Shown here in pieces: positions 11,340-25,399 of a DNA stretch of 51,442 nucleotides. The notes under the pieces were generated by a model that had not been told where the DNA came from, did no database searches, and saw only the letters and a list, made by a program, of their open reading frames with translations. The stretch covers positions 1 to 51,442 of the forward strand of contig MQRK01243178.1 of the NCBI GenBank assembly GCA_001938485.1, written 5' to 3'. A program made the translations under genes and the position numbers. The DNA is from Girardia tigrina (Eukaryota). Numbering within the stretch: position 1 is the stretch's first letter; each line of letters starts with the position of its first letter.

Positions 11340-12330
11340 TTTAGCGCAATTTCCATACTGACATCTTTTTAATACATCTTTTGAACTTCCACATATAGTC
11401 TCTAAAGGTTTCGCTATTTTTGAGTAATCCTGGATAAATTTCCTAAAGTAATTACACAACCCTAAAAAGTTTCTTAACTTTTTTACGCACATTGCTTGTT
11501 TGAATTCGACTATAGATTTTATTTTATCTGGATCTGTTTTAATACCTTCTCTATTAATGATATGTCCCAAAAATCGAAGTCTTGTCTGAACAACTTACAT
11601 TTTTCTGGATTTGTCTTTAATCCAGCGGTCTGTATTCTTGAAATAACTTCTCCAATCTCATTAGATGCTCTGCTTCTGAATCTGAAAATACTAAAATGTC
11701 GTCCAAGTATACTGAAGCTTCTTTCCATATCATTTCTCCCAATATGTCGTTCATCAATCCTTGGAAAGTTGCTGGTGCAGCGGAAATACCAAATGGCATT
11801 CTTGTAAAGCAAAACTATCCCGATTTCTTTGAGAATGCAGTTTTCAACTTTGAAGAGTCTTCAAGTTATACTTGGTAGTAAGCATTACCTAAATCAAAAG
11901 ATCTGAACCATTTCATTCCTCTTAGTGAATCCAACATTTCATCTATATTCGGTATTGGAAATGCTGGTCTTTCTGTAACTTGATTTAATAATCGGAAATC
12001 TAAACACAATCTAATCTCGTTTTTCTCTTCTTTCCATACACACACCATAGGTGTGTTCCGCGGGGACGAACAAGGGACGAACACGGTCAATAATCCCATT
12101 TTCTTCTAAATTCGTGATTGCTTTTTCTATATGACGTTCTAAATATGCTGGTTGTCTCCGTGGTTTTTGTAAAATTGGTTGTTTTAATTTCATGTTTTAT
12201 TAAAGAAGTTTTCCCAATATCCCATTTTCCAGCCAAAAAATACTTTTATAATTCTCAACGATTCTAAATATATCCGTACCCTCTTTTAAATTTAATTTTT
12301 CTTTAGCATTTAATTGTCGTAGCATTTAGC
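11340..12330 (-). mobile_element. Second Ty3/Gypsy RT fragment
   Basis: IRLCLDFRLLN, FDLGNAYYQV, MPFGISAAPATFQ, YLDDIL, GHII...FLGLCNYFRKFI; frameshifted. Confidence 0.9.
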
Positions 12331-12849
12331 ATTTACCTCGTTCAAAGTCTCGAGGCATTTTGAACGTTTTGTTCCCATTTCCGACTTTCATTTCATTAGG
12401 TTGAACCATTTGCAGAACAACGAATTTCGATGTCACCCGTCTAGCAATCAATTTCAATTCTCGTAAATACGCAATCGACTTTGGTTTCAGTCATTATTCT
12501 ATTATATTTTCTGATGCACCATTGAACGCAGTATTAATCTTCCGTCCTTAAATTTTTTTCTGATTCCAACGCTTCCTCCTTCAGTGGATTACGTGTCGTC
12601 AACCGGTTGATCGGTGGTACAAACGGTCTCTCGACATTCACTGTCGTTTGGTTCTCACTGCCAGTATAATAAAATCGCCTTCGATGATCTCCTTTGCTTT
12701 TACTCCTTTATAACGACACAAAAAAGACAATCGTTTTTGATTTCTTAAATTCGATTCAGAGATCGCTAGAATGCGATAAGGATTACTCAAACTCCTAAGA
12801 GTCCAGAAATTCACATTCGAACCTCCGGTTGACTATGGCATGCCCGTCT

Positions 12850-13686
12850 AGTAGGGGGAAAATGCGGGTTCTCCCCCAACCCCTGGGGGTAGCCCGTTAC
12901 AATGGCAGCGGTCGCCGCTACCATGGCAACGGTCACGGTTACCATAGCAACGGTTGCGGTTACCATAACAACGGTTCCGAACACCCTACCAACGGTTACG
13001 AACACCCTAGCAACGGTCCTCATCACCTTAGCAACGGTTCCGGTTCACTTGGTAACGGTAACCAAGGTCTTAGTTACCATAGCAATGGTAACAAAGGGAC
13101 GTTTTTCAATAGCAACGGATACAGTGATTCAAGGCGGTTGTAACCATGCTAACGTTTACCGCATCCATAGTAACCGTGACCCTTAGCAACCACAGATCAA
13201 AAATGTGTGGCACAATGTGCAATATCGATTATCACATCGGGGCACAATGCAGTGATCAATTAGCATTTTTTTGTGTTAGCATAGGGCTTTTCAAGCTGCA
13301 CATGTGCAAAAGTGCAAATACATAATTTTTTTTAAAAGTACTAGTGTCAAAAATCGATATCATGTGTTTGATATACATTTTGATTCTCTATCTGAATGTG
13401 CAATTAGAACTTACATATATTGATTACTTTTTCCTATAATTAGCATAATGTGCAAATTTACACAAAATGCACATCGATTTTAGAGATAGAAGAAAGCAGA
13501 ATATCAAAAAAGTGCTGATGCACTTGAATAATAACCCATATACGCATATTCAGATTCCATATCAACATTTTTGAAAAAGCGCTGATAAATTGATTTTTTC
13601 GAATATTTCTGAATAATTCGAATAATTCTTTAAAAAGTGCACAAAAATCGATTTTTTCATATATATTTGAAACCCCTATGATATAT
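12850..13686 (+). repeat. Left terminal inverted repeat
   Basis: Reverse complement of 20663-21367; the right copy has fewer 21-bp units. Confidence 0.92.
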
Positions 13687-13965
13687 AGGAAACATTTCAG
13701 GTTCAAAATTATTCAGAGTAGTCTTTTTCAAAGCATTGATATTAATTGGCTCACCATAATCACACGTCACTGTAATAGATTGTATGGTGATATTGAATGG
13801 TGGATCAATTGGTTGTTTACAGTCAATTATTCGACATTTTCCATTGCGGAAGAATATGATGGTGTACTCCGAAAAGTGTAAAATACATTGACACGGTTTA
13901 GTACCAAAATGGAGGTCATTCAGGCATTCTTCAGTAAATCCTTTGTAATTGATATTACGCAGCAT
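13687..13965 (-). pseudogene. Compact TBP-like (TATA-binding protein fold) gene, 3' truncated at the TIR
   Basis: TIIFFRNGKCRII resembles TBP TALIFSSGKMVCT. IQSITVTCDYGEPININAL...FEPEMFP resembles TBP IQNMVGSCDVKFPIRLEGL...YEPELFP. Confidence 0.7.
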
Positions 13966-15364
13966 TTTGTGAAAAATGTACGTCAGTATTCATTTCAATT
14001 CAAAGTCCTTGCCTTGTGTCTAAAATGAAGTGGAAGTTTAAAACCTTTAATGAACTTAACCAGGTAACTGAAGAAAAGAAGATTGATGATAAGACAATTA
14101 ATGGACCTAACCAATTAACTGAAGAGATAAATACTGATCAACCTAATCTAGTTGAACAAGTCAGACCAGTAGGGCAGTCTAGACTAGTCAGTCTTCCTAG
14201 GCTAGTTGGATAACCAATAGTAGCCAAGGCTAGCCGGGCTAGCCTAGGCACTCAGACAACCAAGGATATCCAGGCACCAATTGCTGAAGCTTTGGTTAGT
14301 CAGGTTAACCAAGCTAGTTATTTTCAACCAAAACAAAGATGCTCCACAAAAATCTTCCTCATCATGGGTTTCTACATCAACAACATATAGAGGATATCAG
14401 ATTAACCTTTTGAAATATCTGAAATCAATTAAATTGAGAGATCCGGTATATGTTAGAAAGAGCAAATCTTTTGAATATTGCCCTACAAGAAGTTGGAAAA
14501 AGACCAGATGGGAATGTGAGTGAACATAGAGAACAATATTTTTGATCAGATGATGGATTAAAATTCAGAGATTTTATGGGTCATGAAAAACCAACAATGG
14601 ACTTGTCTANNNNNNNNNNNNNNNNNNNNNNNNNNNNNNNNNNNNNNNNNNNNNNNNNNNNNNNNNNNNNNNNNNNNNNNNNNNNNNNNNNNNNNNNNNN
14701 NNNNNNNNNNNNNNNNNNNNNNNNNNNNNNNNNNNNNNNNNNNNNNNNNNNNNNNNNNNNNNNNNNNNNNNNNNNNNNNNNNNNNNNNNNNNNNNNNNNN
14801 NNNNNNNNNNNNNNNNNNNNNNNNNNNNNNNNNNNNNNNNNNNNNNNNNNNNNNNNNNNNNNNNNNNNNNNNNNNNNNNNNNNNNNNNNNNNNNNNNNNN
14901 NNNNNNNNNNNNNNNNNNNNNNNNNNNNNNNNNNNNNNNNNNNNNNNNNNNNNNNNNNNNNNNNNNNNNNNNNNNNNNNNNNNNNNNNNNNNNNNNNNNN
15001 NNNNNNNNNNNNNNNNNNNNNNNNNNNNNNNNNTATGGAAACTGTCAGAAATTCGTTGTATTTAATTGTTGATACCAGTTGTATTGTTGTGTTAATAAAT
15101 CTTGTAATAATTTAGTCTTGATTTTATATAAAATAGCTTAAAACACTTGTTAAAATGGATTTAGAAACACAAATGAAATATGTATTAGAGACACTGAAGC
15201 TGAATTTTAAAATGAATGGAGAAATGTACTTGTACGTTAATAAATGTTTCCCATGTTACTTTCTGAAATGATTATTTGATGAACCTTTAATTGAATTAAA
15301 ACGTAACAAGATTATAAAGAACATTTATTTATTTACATATGTACAATATATACAAGTGCATCAT

Positions 15365-18300
15365 TCACAAGAAATAATGTCCGTGAAGTAATGTACTTAT
15401 TCATTCTGTCAAAATATGTCGTTTATCGTCAAACCAGTCTAGGTTTTTCTTCCGCATCATTACTGTGGAGACTTGAGTTCTCTTGATAAGATCCTTCGCA
15501 TTTCAGAAATTATATTGATTTGTTTCCGCAGCACTCTCATATAATCATGGAATCCGATTTGGTTTGCTAACGTTGCCCGTTGAACTCCCTTTGCCCTCTT
15601 TTTGATCTTATCATTCACATCAATGGCATTGATTGTTAGACCGTAGTGCCACGAATCTAGAGATGATTTAACCATTGACTTCATCCTTAAACTTGCCAAG
15701 GACCTTTTTATTTGATGTTGAATAATTTGGATGGTCCTTTTGATAGTCTGAGGTTGACCCATTTGAAAAAACTCCTCAAACAGATCTTCTGCATTAATCT
15801 GATAGCTATCAGTGTCCATATACATTAGCTCTAAATCCAAGAATTTAGGGACCATGATGTCATAGTGGATGTCGTCCATCAATGTCTTGGATAGATACAG
15901 GATTGACATCCCCACAAATACCGGCTTATTAAACTCCAGGGATGTCTTCAGCATATGTATACTCACAAGGTTTTCAGTATATATAATACTATTGTGGAAG
16001 TTTGATTTAGCAATTTAGCTTCTTTACTCGCTTCCAATCACATACCAGTTCGATGTTGATTCTGTTGCGGATATTCTCCATCGTTTTGCCAAAAACGTTG
16101 TTCTTGTACAGTTTGAACTGAACCTTTTCAAAGTCGCTTTTGGTATTTGTCCTCAGATTGGTGTTAAAGTCAATGGCTTAAGCCATTTTGACTGACTAAA
16201 CTGAAGAGCCCGATGGATCTTTGTGACTATGAGACCATTCCTTATAGCTTGTTGGAGATTGATGTAATGGGCTACATATCTTCTTATGTTTTCCATTAGG
16301 AGGACATTTACTCTCAGGCAGAAAAGGCAGCTGCTCATGTCTTGTATGTATGGATTTGGGATATTCAACATTGACTTCCAATATGTAGCCCACATCTCCA
16401 TTAGGGTTCAAATTTTCTATTGTGATGTCTTCAGGTTGATCCACCTATTTGAAATTGTCAAAAGGCAATGGAGCACTCATTGCCCATCCATATAAATTAT
16501 TAGCATCCAAGTATGTTATGTATGAGGATGCCTTGGATGGATCATAATTTTTCATGTATTTATTGTTTGCATCACCATAACGATGACTAGACTGACAGAT
16601 TCCACCTCGAATATCTTTTTCCAGCATGAGGATCATGTAATAATCTTTCAGGATTTGAAGCCTTATACCTGTATATTTCAACATTGCTGCCCAACTCATA
16701 CCTGGTGATGTAAAGAAATGAGCTGGATCCAACTTGTGGCTCTTAAGTGTCACATCCCGAAAGCTCTCAAAGACATCTGTAAGAAGCAGCACATCTGTTT
16801 GGAGGTATACATCACTATATTCCCCAAGTATTTGGCATTTGAAGGCTTGCCATACATTTTGTGCATGTTGATAATCAGCATCACTAATGTCGGTGTCATT
16901 AAGCTTGTTGTAAAATACCTCTTTTGCTGGCAATGTTGTTTCATCCAGCGATCTCCATGATGTTATGTAGTCATAGGTGAATTCTCCTTTCCTTTTGACC
17001 AAGTCAAATTTATTTGGGAAGAACTTTTTAGTTTCCTTCAGTTCATCTACAGGAAGATACTTGACAAGGCTGTCCAGTGATGATTACATTAATCGGAAAC
17101 TATCAATGAATCGTAGCTTAATTCTACCCACATGCTTGGTAAATGTGATGTATTTTTCCTCACTATTTGGAATAACATATATATTCCCTTTGATTTTTCC
17201 CAGTTCTCTTACTATGAAATGGGAGTCCTATCCACTAAGATTGTGGAATACAACAGGAATATTTGTAGATGTTTTACATCGCAAATTGCAGTTATTACAT
17301 GCTGCTCCTCGATATTTTCCAGTAAAATGACAATGGTCTTTGACTTTGTGATAGTCATTTGTGAATGATTTTTCACATATGTAACATTGTGTTGCCTTGC
17401 TCCATTCACATTTTTCTTGACATGTCATCACCATATCTAGCTTGTGTTGTGGCAACATGTCTTCAATTGTGTTGGCATAAGTCTCCATACGTTTCATAAA
17501 ATGTTCCGCTGCATCCGGACCTCTGTATATGAATAGCTCCTTGTCAATACCCAATGCATACATACAGTATGATGAGAGCTCATGATACTGGTATGCTGTC
17601 GTACTGCTAAGTTGTGGATCCGGATTGCATGTTTGAACTGGGCTTAGAATGGCTTCAAAGTCACAATATATAATAATGGGAACTTTCTGCATCTTTTCAT
17701 ATTCTTTGAATTCAATATAATCTTCCTTTGGAAATTCCGCTCTGATGCAATGATTGTTATTGCAATAAGCCTTGTGCTCCTCCAACTCGATTATAGCTTC
17801 ATCGCCATTGAAATGTGTAAAGCATCTTTTACAAATCTCAACCCTTCCTTTATGTTTTGATATTTGGGACCCTAATAGGCGCTCAAAGTCCTTGATCCAG
17901 ATAAAGTGCCTCTCTTCTCCATCATCAAGCAGCAGCAAATCCCTATGTCCTTCCAATTCTTCCTTACATGCAAGTAATGGATAAAACTTTTACCACGTTT
18001 TTCTTAGCTTGGTTTCTTGTCTGTCTGTCTGTTTGTCTGTCTGGAACAAATCTTGCGATTGATTTTTAGACCACTTTCAGTCATCCAATTGAGCTGAATT
18101 TTTTATACAGGCTTGCTTTCGATCCAAATATGTTGATTGAGACATTGTTGATGCTTCCAAATTTAGCGACTTCTTCAAAGCTCGGTGGGAATGATATGCA
18201 GTTGAAGTCATATGTGTGCTGCAGATTGTTGTATTTCGATACTCGTGATGCATGTTTCGATCCTCAAAAAATTTTGACAGCATTGCATACTTGAAGCACA

Positions 18301-19118
18301 TGTTGTCATTATTTTGTACATTGATGCATGCCTTTTTCTTCACTATCCATTCAGGAAGCGGTATGTAGGGGCTGCCTCTCATTGGTGAGTATTTATGTAC
18401 ATGAATGACCAATTGGTTAATGGATGCAAGAGTACATCCACTCTTCTTCTCCTTGCTTTCATCGGCTTCCTTTATTATTTTGGTATGCTCTTCACTGAGC
18501 CATTCCAAAATATCATCGGATTCTAACATTGGTCTATTTTTGGTCTTGAAGGCTCTATGTGATAATTCATCATCGACATTGGTGAATGTCGCTTCTAATT
18601 TAAGGTTGACTTTGATAGCCTTGAAATCAACCATATTGTCTTGTAGAATCTCCATGGTTTCCTTCTTGGAATATTCCAGAAAGTCATGGAGACTTGTAAC
18701 ATTGCTATCTAGGCTGCCTAGGTTAGCCTGGGGAGCCTTGATAATATATTGACGTACCTTCTTATTCAATGAAGCTTTATGAATTGGTCTCTGTCTTGAG
18801 CTTTTTGATGGAAAATTTATGATATTTGTATCATTTGCACGTTTTGATGGAATATTTGCAGCCTTGGCAGCATTTGAAACAGGTATCTCCATTGGAACAT
18901 CTGTAGTATTTACATGTCTTAAGGGAACTTTTATCGTATTTGAAAGATTCTTCTCAATTGGGACATTTAACACATTCTTCTCAATTGGAACATTCGAAAC
19001 ATTTAGTGGTGCGAGAACTGGATACGTTGATGATTGGAAGATAATCTTCTTGGACTTTATTGAAAAGTCACACAAATAGTCCTTGTGACTATCATAAAAT
19101 TGATGATTGTGAGTATTG

Positions 19119-19132
<14 letters not shown>
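15365..19132 (-). pseudogene. Protein-primed family B DNA polymerase (Polinton type), fragmented
   Basis: Exo I YCDFEA, FHNLSG*DSHF, FIDSFR, RKGEFTYDY, YLQTDVLLL, RGG, motif A YLDANNLYGWAMS, motif B K...NNVFGKTMEN, motif C YMDTDS, KKRAKGV, C-terminal DDKR...HGHY. Many frameshifts and stops; true start uncertain. Confidence 0.93.
17991..18121. mobile_element. Short insertion with (CTGT)n in the polymerase
   Basis: Absent from the second polymerase copy at ~38540-38560. The CTGT microsatellite resembles those in DINE-1/HINE-type elements. Confidence 0.55.
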
Positions 19133-19486
<354 letters not shown>

Positions 19487-20049
19487 TCATTACAAATTTG
19501 TGGATTATGAACATTTACCTGGCGGCATCTGTATAATGGACATTTTTGAATTTTCGTAGGAATTTTCTCTTGAATCATCTTCGACATATTTTCTTTGAAT
19601 ATATTCTTTTTCGATTTGATGAAAGGAACTAGATGTTGTTTATGGTTGTAATCTTCTTCCATTATTTAAATATTGAATAATTTAAATAAATAAAAGACAA
19701 GATCAGTTATTTGAAAAGTTTATTAATAACTAAATCTATCGATTTAAACAATCGATAAAAAAATCATTATTTTTTATTTAACAAAAATTAAATTAAAAAT
19801 CATTATTTTTAATTCAACAAATTGAATTAAAATAATTTATTGATTAAGTAAAGTTGTCACAATGGTCATTGTAAAATTCTTCAAAACTAGTTCTGTACAC
19901 TGCCTCACATGTTGGACATATAAAATATTCTTGTGAAGAGAAATTGTATTTGTAGTATTGGGATAAATTTGAATTCTAAAAAGATATTTTTTACGGAGCT
20001 GAAAAAAAAACTCACCATTTTCTTAACAAAATTTTGAAATAATGATAGA

Positions 20050-21367
20050 TGTCTGATTAGAAATTAATTTGATTAAAATTCAAATTTTGTTAACATAATG
20101 AATGCAATTCGTTGACATGATGAGTGCATAACAAATTGCATGATGAATGCAATATGTTGACATGAAGGATGCATGACATATCACCTTGGATGCGGTCATG
20201 TTTTGTATGGTTGAAATGCTAATTATATATTATAATATTTTACATAATAGTTTGTTTTAATGTATCACTTTTCATAAATATATAAAAAAATGGAATAGAA
20301 TGAACTCTGACAAGGTAAGTAGATGTCGAACCCTCCCCCGGGGGGTCTCCTGATTTAGAAAGCCTATGCATGTTTTAGGTATTCCATAGGATTTTATATA
20401 TAAAATTAAGGTTATATTAAATGGTTACGGTAACCAAGGTACTATGATAGTTTATGTCTAGGTTTATCTACTTTACCAGATCATGTACATGTTAGGTATA
20501 ATGTCTATGCACGTTTTAAGTACTATAGGAGTTTTGTACATGTAGATTTCACATGTAAAATAAAAGGTTATGTATCTTGGTTGTGGTAACCATGGTGCTT
20601 GTGATTATTAAGGAAGTATATTAGGCAATTTATGAGGTATTGTTTGATGGTAAACAACATACATATATCATAGGGGTTTCAAATATATATAAAAAAATTG
20701 ATTTTTGAGCACTTTTTAAAGAATTTCAGAAATATTCGAAAAAATCAATTTATCAGCGCTTTTTCAAAAATGTTGATATTGAATCTGAATATGCGTATAT
20801 GGTTTACTATTCAAGTGCATCAGCACGTTTTTGATATTCTGCTTTCTTCTATCTCTAAAATCGATGTGCATTTTGCGTAAATTTGTACATTATGCTAATT
20901 ATAGGAAAAAGTAATCAATATATGTAAGTTCTAATTGCACATTCAGATAGAGAATCAAAATGTATATCAAACACATGATATCGATTTTTGACACTAGTAC
21001 TTTTAAAAAAAAATTATGTATTTGCACTTTTGCACATGTGCAGCTTGAAAAGCCCTATGCTAACACAAAAAAGTGCTAATTGATCATTGCACTGTGCCCC
21101 GATGTGATAATCGATATTGCACATTGTGCCACACATTTTTGATCTGTGGTTGCTAAGGGTCACGGTTACTATGGATACGGTAAACGTTAGCATGGTTACA
21201 ACCGCCTTGAATCACTGTATCCGTTGCTATTGAAAAACGTCCCTTGGTTACCATTGCTATGGTAACTAAGACCTTGGTTACCGTTACCAAGTGAACCGGA
21301 GCCGTTGCCATGGTAAGGGGCTAACCCCCGAAGGAGGATGGGGGAGAACCAGCATTTTCCCCCTACT
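20050..21367 (-). repeat. Right terminal inverted repeat and subterminal region
   Basis: Ends in CTACT. Collinear, with deletions, with 27120-28876 and 40140-42302. Confidence 0.88.
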
Positions 21368-21907
21368 CCGTCGCACCATTCCTGCATGCAATTCTCGGCC
21401 GAATCGCAATCACTCACACAAATACTCTCCAGATTCAAGAACGGACACCCGAGACAAGCTCTGAAATTGCTGTCAATTCGAACACTCGGGACGCCACATA
21501 CAGTAAATTGATTCACAAGACTTAAATACGAATTCATTATCCGGTTCGACTGTCAAAACGAGCTTATTATTCAAATCCATAATCATTGTAATGGTGGATT
21601 TAATCCACGCAATCAAATAATAAAATTCGCGCCAAAAAATTATTTTGATCCGATTAAACAAAAAAACATAATTAATATTCGATCGATTTCTACTCAAATT
21701 CGATTAAAAAATACACACATGCGCATATTTACCGAATGAAAACAAGCAAGCAACACAACAACTGCAGTCAGAAATAAAACACGTGAGAAAGAATGACACG
21801 CATCCTCTCGAAATCGATAATGTATGACACCACTTCATGACTTGTTGCGTCGTTCACAAATCATATAAAACTGAAAAAAAATTGATCACCCTCAAGAAAG
21901 TACACGC

Positions 21908-22264
21908 TTGAGTTCAAAACCGAAACTCGGTAGCCAACAAGGAGAAACGGTTCGACTACGCGATATCGTGTTTGACGATTTGATGGAAACAGCTGGAGAA
22001 CAGGCACTGGGGATGGTAACCGTTGACATGGAGGCACTGGTTTCAGGCGGCATCGTCTGGAACGATCTGTTGATGGTGTACTGGACAGATAAGTTGATTG
22101 ATTCACTATCTGTACATACGAAATTTTTCTCCGATAAATCGATTTTTCCCTCGGTTTCGTTAAACTATCACCAAATTCGCCGTTTGATCCTTGAATTTAA
22201 TGCCGATTTTGTCGATTTCTGTCACGACAATCATCAGAAATTCGCTTCATTGGAGCAATTTTGA
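21908..22264 (+). CDS. Unknown ORF in a CpG-rich island
   Basis: 118-aa open frame with protein-like composition. No family recognised; no clear ATG start. Confidence 0.3.
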   Translation: MSSKPKLGSQQGETVRLRDIVFDDLMETAGEQALGMVTVDMEALVSGGIVWNDLLMVYWTDKLIDSLSVHTKFFSDKSIFPSVSLNYHQIRRLILEFNADFVDFCHDNHQKFASLEQF

Positions 22265-22576
22265 AAAATGTGCAATCGGCCAAATTAGATCGTTTAAACA
22301 ACGAGATTTATTTTTTCTTCAGTCAAAGAAATATTTTTATGACCGGAAAATTGAATTTTTTTTGAGTGAAAATTTTTTTGGAATTATTTAACATATTTGT
22401 TTTTTTCAATTATTCGATTTTCCTTTTTTACTTTTTTTGTTACTCGCAAAACAAGCATACTTGCATTTATTTTTTCTTCTTATATATATATATATATATA
22501 TATNNNNNNNNNNNNNNNNNNNNNNNNNNNNNNNNNNNNNNNNNNNNNNNNNNTATATATATATATATATATATAT

Positions 22577-22790
22577 ATGGCGACACACGACCACGTGATT
22601 CCGAACATCAGTGGTCCGGAGATTTTTGATGGATCAGAAACAAAAGATGATGCATTCATAACGAGCTTTAACAGGTATGCGAAGATAATAGGATTTTCAG
22701 AGGAGAGGAAATCTTATTAGCAACACCATATATGACTCCGGATGTCATAATAAAATATGAAGCAGCGGAAGGTGAAACATGTGAAGATAT
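22577..22790 (+). mobile_element. Retrotransposon Gag N-terminal fragment
   Basis: MATHDHVIPNISGPEIFDGSE...FITSFNRYAKI; homologous to 25400-25520 (-). Confidence 0.6.
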
Positions 22791-24396
22791 ATATATATAT
22801 ATATATATCTGAGTTTATATAGATGAGTTTATATATATATATATATATATATCTACAAACAAAATATATGAAATAGATCTGAAAAACTGCCCTCGTTGTC
22901 TTGATAAGTAGTTGGTATTCTCTTCGATTCTTTGTATTTTCATTACTGTTTTTCTTTCTCGATCAATTGCTGAACTTTATTCACGATATTGCTAACAACA
23001 ATTGTGTGTATGCTACTTCGGTCAAAAATAACTTTCACTTCACCAGCCTTAATTCTTGAAACGTCAAGCGAAAATTATTTGGTGACATTATTTTTAAGAA
23101 AAATATATGCTATGAACACAAAAACTTCCAATTGTATCATATTCCTATATATTTCTGTGGAATATCCAAACACAGAATGATTACTTATACTTCGAGATGA
23201 GTTTTCAATTTGAATATATTTTTAAATCCAAAATTTAATAGCAATACAATAATAATAATCAAAGTTATGTAACTTACAGCTTCTAAAAAAATTAAAACCT
23301 TTACATAATATATGTAAATAGATAGAGTGGAAACTTTAAACCCTGTCTGTGATGGGGTTTTAAAATAAGACTAACCCTGATGTAACACACGCGAAAAGTT
23401 TATTTTCAGAAACAATGTTTAATTGATAATATTCAAACAAAATATTTATCAAAAAGGCATATATTAAATATTTGAAATAATCAAAATATCTAATATCCAA
23501 CACCTGATATTGTATATATAGTTTTCTATCTTAAAAAAATAAATTTGAAATTAATTTTTCTTTCTTAAACTTTTATCAATTATATGATTACATAACAATG
23601 TATATTGTTAATTTGTTTTGAGATTTAGGTGATTTATAAAACCATTATTGTATTTTCATGTATATAACCAGCGTATTTTTATATTGTAGAACTTTATTAC
23701 GTCTAAACTTTTAAATGTAACCTATCCTTTTCGATTCATCAATTTAATTCAAACTTTGAAAGCTTCGTATCACAAATAAATTATATGTTAGATATTTTAT
23801 TTGAATTTAGAAAGAAATTATTTCTAAAGTTTATTGTTTTGTCATTTCTTCGTTTAAACTTTATATCGTAAATTTTCAATTTACTTAGATAGTAGCCTAT
23901 ACTTTCCGGTAAAAGCCATCCTTAATTAGCTGATTATGTACATGAATTTACAGTTATGTATAAATATTAATTAATATTGAATGTTATATGTGTAGCTAGC
24001 GATGAGTATGCAAAATCCTCTAGGATTTGATGACAATGATTTCGATGTCAACGAAATATTTATCTTTAACCAAGAGGTTTTATTTTATTTTAATTTTTTT
24101 AATAAATATTAAATATAGAGATATTTATTGTATTGAAATGTAATTTTAATTCATTATTTTATTATATCCAAATATATGAATTTCTTAATTAATTTCATCA
24201 ATTAATAAAAATCATAGACGTCTTAATCCCAGAAAGTTGAACTGGACCAAATACAGATTGAATATTATTAAGAAAACCAATTTGACTTTTCAGATTTTTA
24301 GTAACATAGCAAGTTTGATTGTCCTCAAAACAATCTTTGTCGTAGCTTTCGTATGATTGCATTTTAACTAATTGATTAATGACTTTAATATTATTA

Positions 24397-25240
24397 AATG
24401 CCCGCTCTCGCCGCAACAATGCCCGGAACGAATACAAGTCACGGGTCACCGTAAACAGGCCCTCAACAATCCCCAACTGCTACTCGTTTCCCGCTCGTTC
24501 GGTTTTGGGGCGCGGGCACCTCCTTGCAATGTGGCCAACCCGACCGCAGGTGAATCATNNNNNNNNNNNNNNNNNNNNNNNNNNNNNNNNNNNNNNNNNN
24601 NNNNNNNNNNNNNNNNNNNNNNNNNNNNNNNNNNNNNNNNNNNNNNNNCGGTCCTCCTGTATCGGGTGACAGTAACGGTGGTGGCCCATCCAATGGCCGT
24701 GCAGCTGCTGCTGTCTCATCAGTGGGTTCACGTCTTACATTGACTTGCACTCGAGCCAACCGGACCAGGGTTTCCAGATCCAACGTTTTGGTCAGCGCCT
24801 CGGCCTCCACACTTCTCATGACTCCCTTGGGCAGTCCATTTATGAACGCCTGAGCCACAAAAGCCGCTCAGTTGACTCTGTTCCATAGATGACAGCCGCT
24901 GACCGCTTCAAATCAGCCATGAAAACATCTATGCCCTCGCCGGGCGCAAGTCGTGGGGAAGCAAAGCTCACCCATGATAGCCTCGGGCTTGAGGCGAACG
25001 CTTCTGTAAGTGCGGCTAGGCTCTTCTCAAAATCTTACCGCGTCACATCCCTGAATCCACAGAATGCGAATGACGCCTCGCCCGTAAGTGCTAGGGGCAG
25101 CATCACCAGCTTGTTCTCCTTGAGCGTATCCGCGCATTCGCGGTATCGCTCGATCCAAATGGAAAAATCCCCATGCCAGTCATACGCCGGCACGATTTTC
25201 AGAGTTTTCATCACAAAGCCGCGATAGCTTGTGAACGACA
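24397..25240 (-). mobile_element. GC-rich Gypsy gag fragment
   Basis: DFSIWIERYREC...LPLALTGEA...AQAFINGLP, degenerate knuckle xFTCGRVGHIARRC; stops and an N gap. Confidence 0.75.
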
Positions 25241-25399
25241 ATATCGAAAATAATAATTTATTTCTAATACAAGATTTTCAAACCGTTTGCCGAATTCAGA
25301 TTATTTAAACAGGTTTTCGGCCAGTACTCTCTGGGGCCTTCTCGTATCTCAGAATCGCATCTGGAGTCAAGTAGGGTGTTACCAGTAAGATTTTCCTCT

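Noticed and set aside
12896-13086. CRISPR-like appearance of the periodic repeat
   Set aside because: Eukaryotic context, degenerate tandem units, no unique spacers, no cas genes.
12811-13186. Thr/Val/Ala-rich and Asn/Gly-rich ORFs (also 42128-42409)
   Set aside because: By-products of the 21-bp repeat in the TIR; frames are not conserved between copies.
14016-15115. ORFs between the TBP-like gene and the polymerase
   Set aside because: No motif recognised; two are artefacts of the N gap.
24198-24396. Possible host exon
   Set aside because: The ORF is a chimera with Gypsy sequence and is not identifiable.
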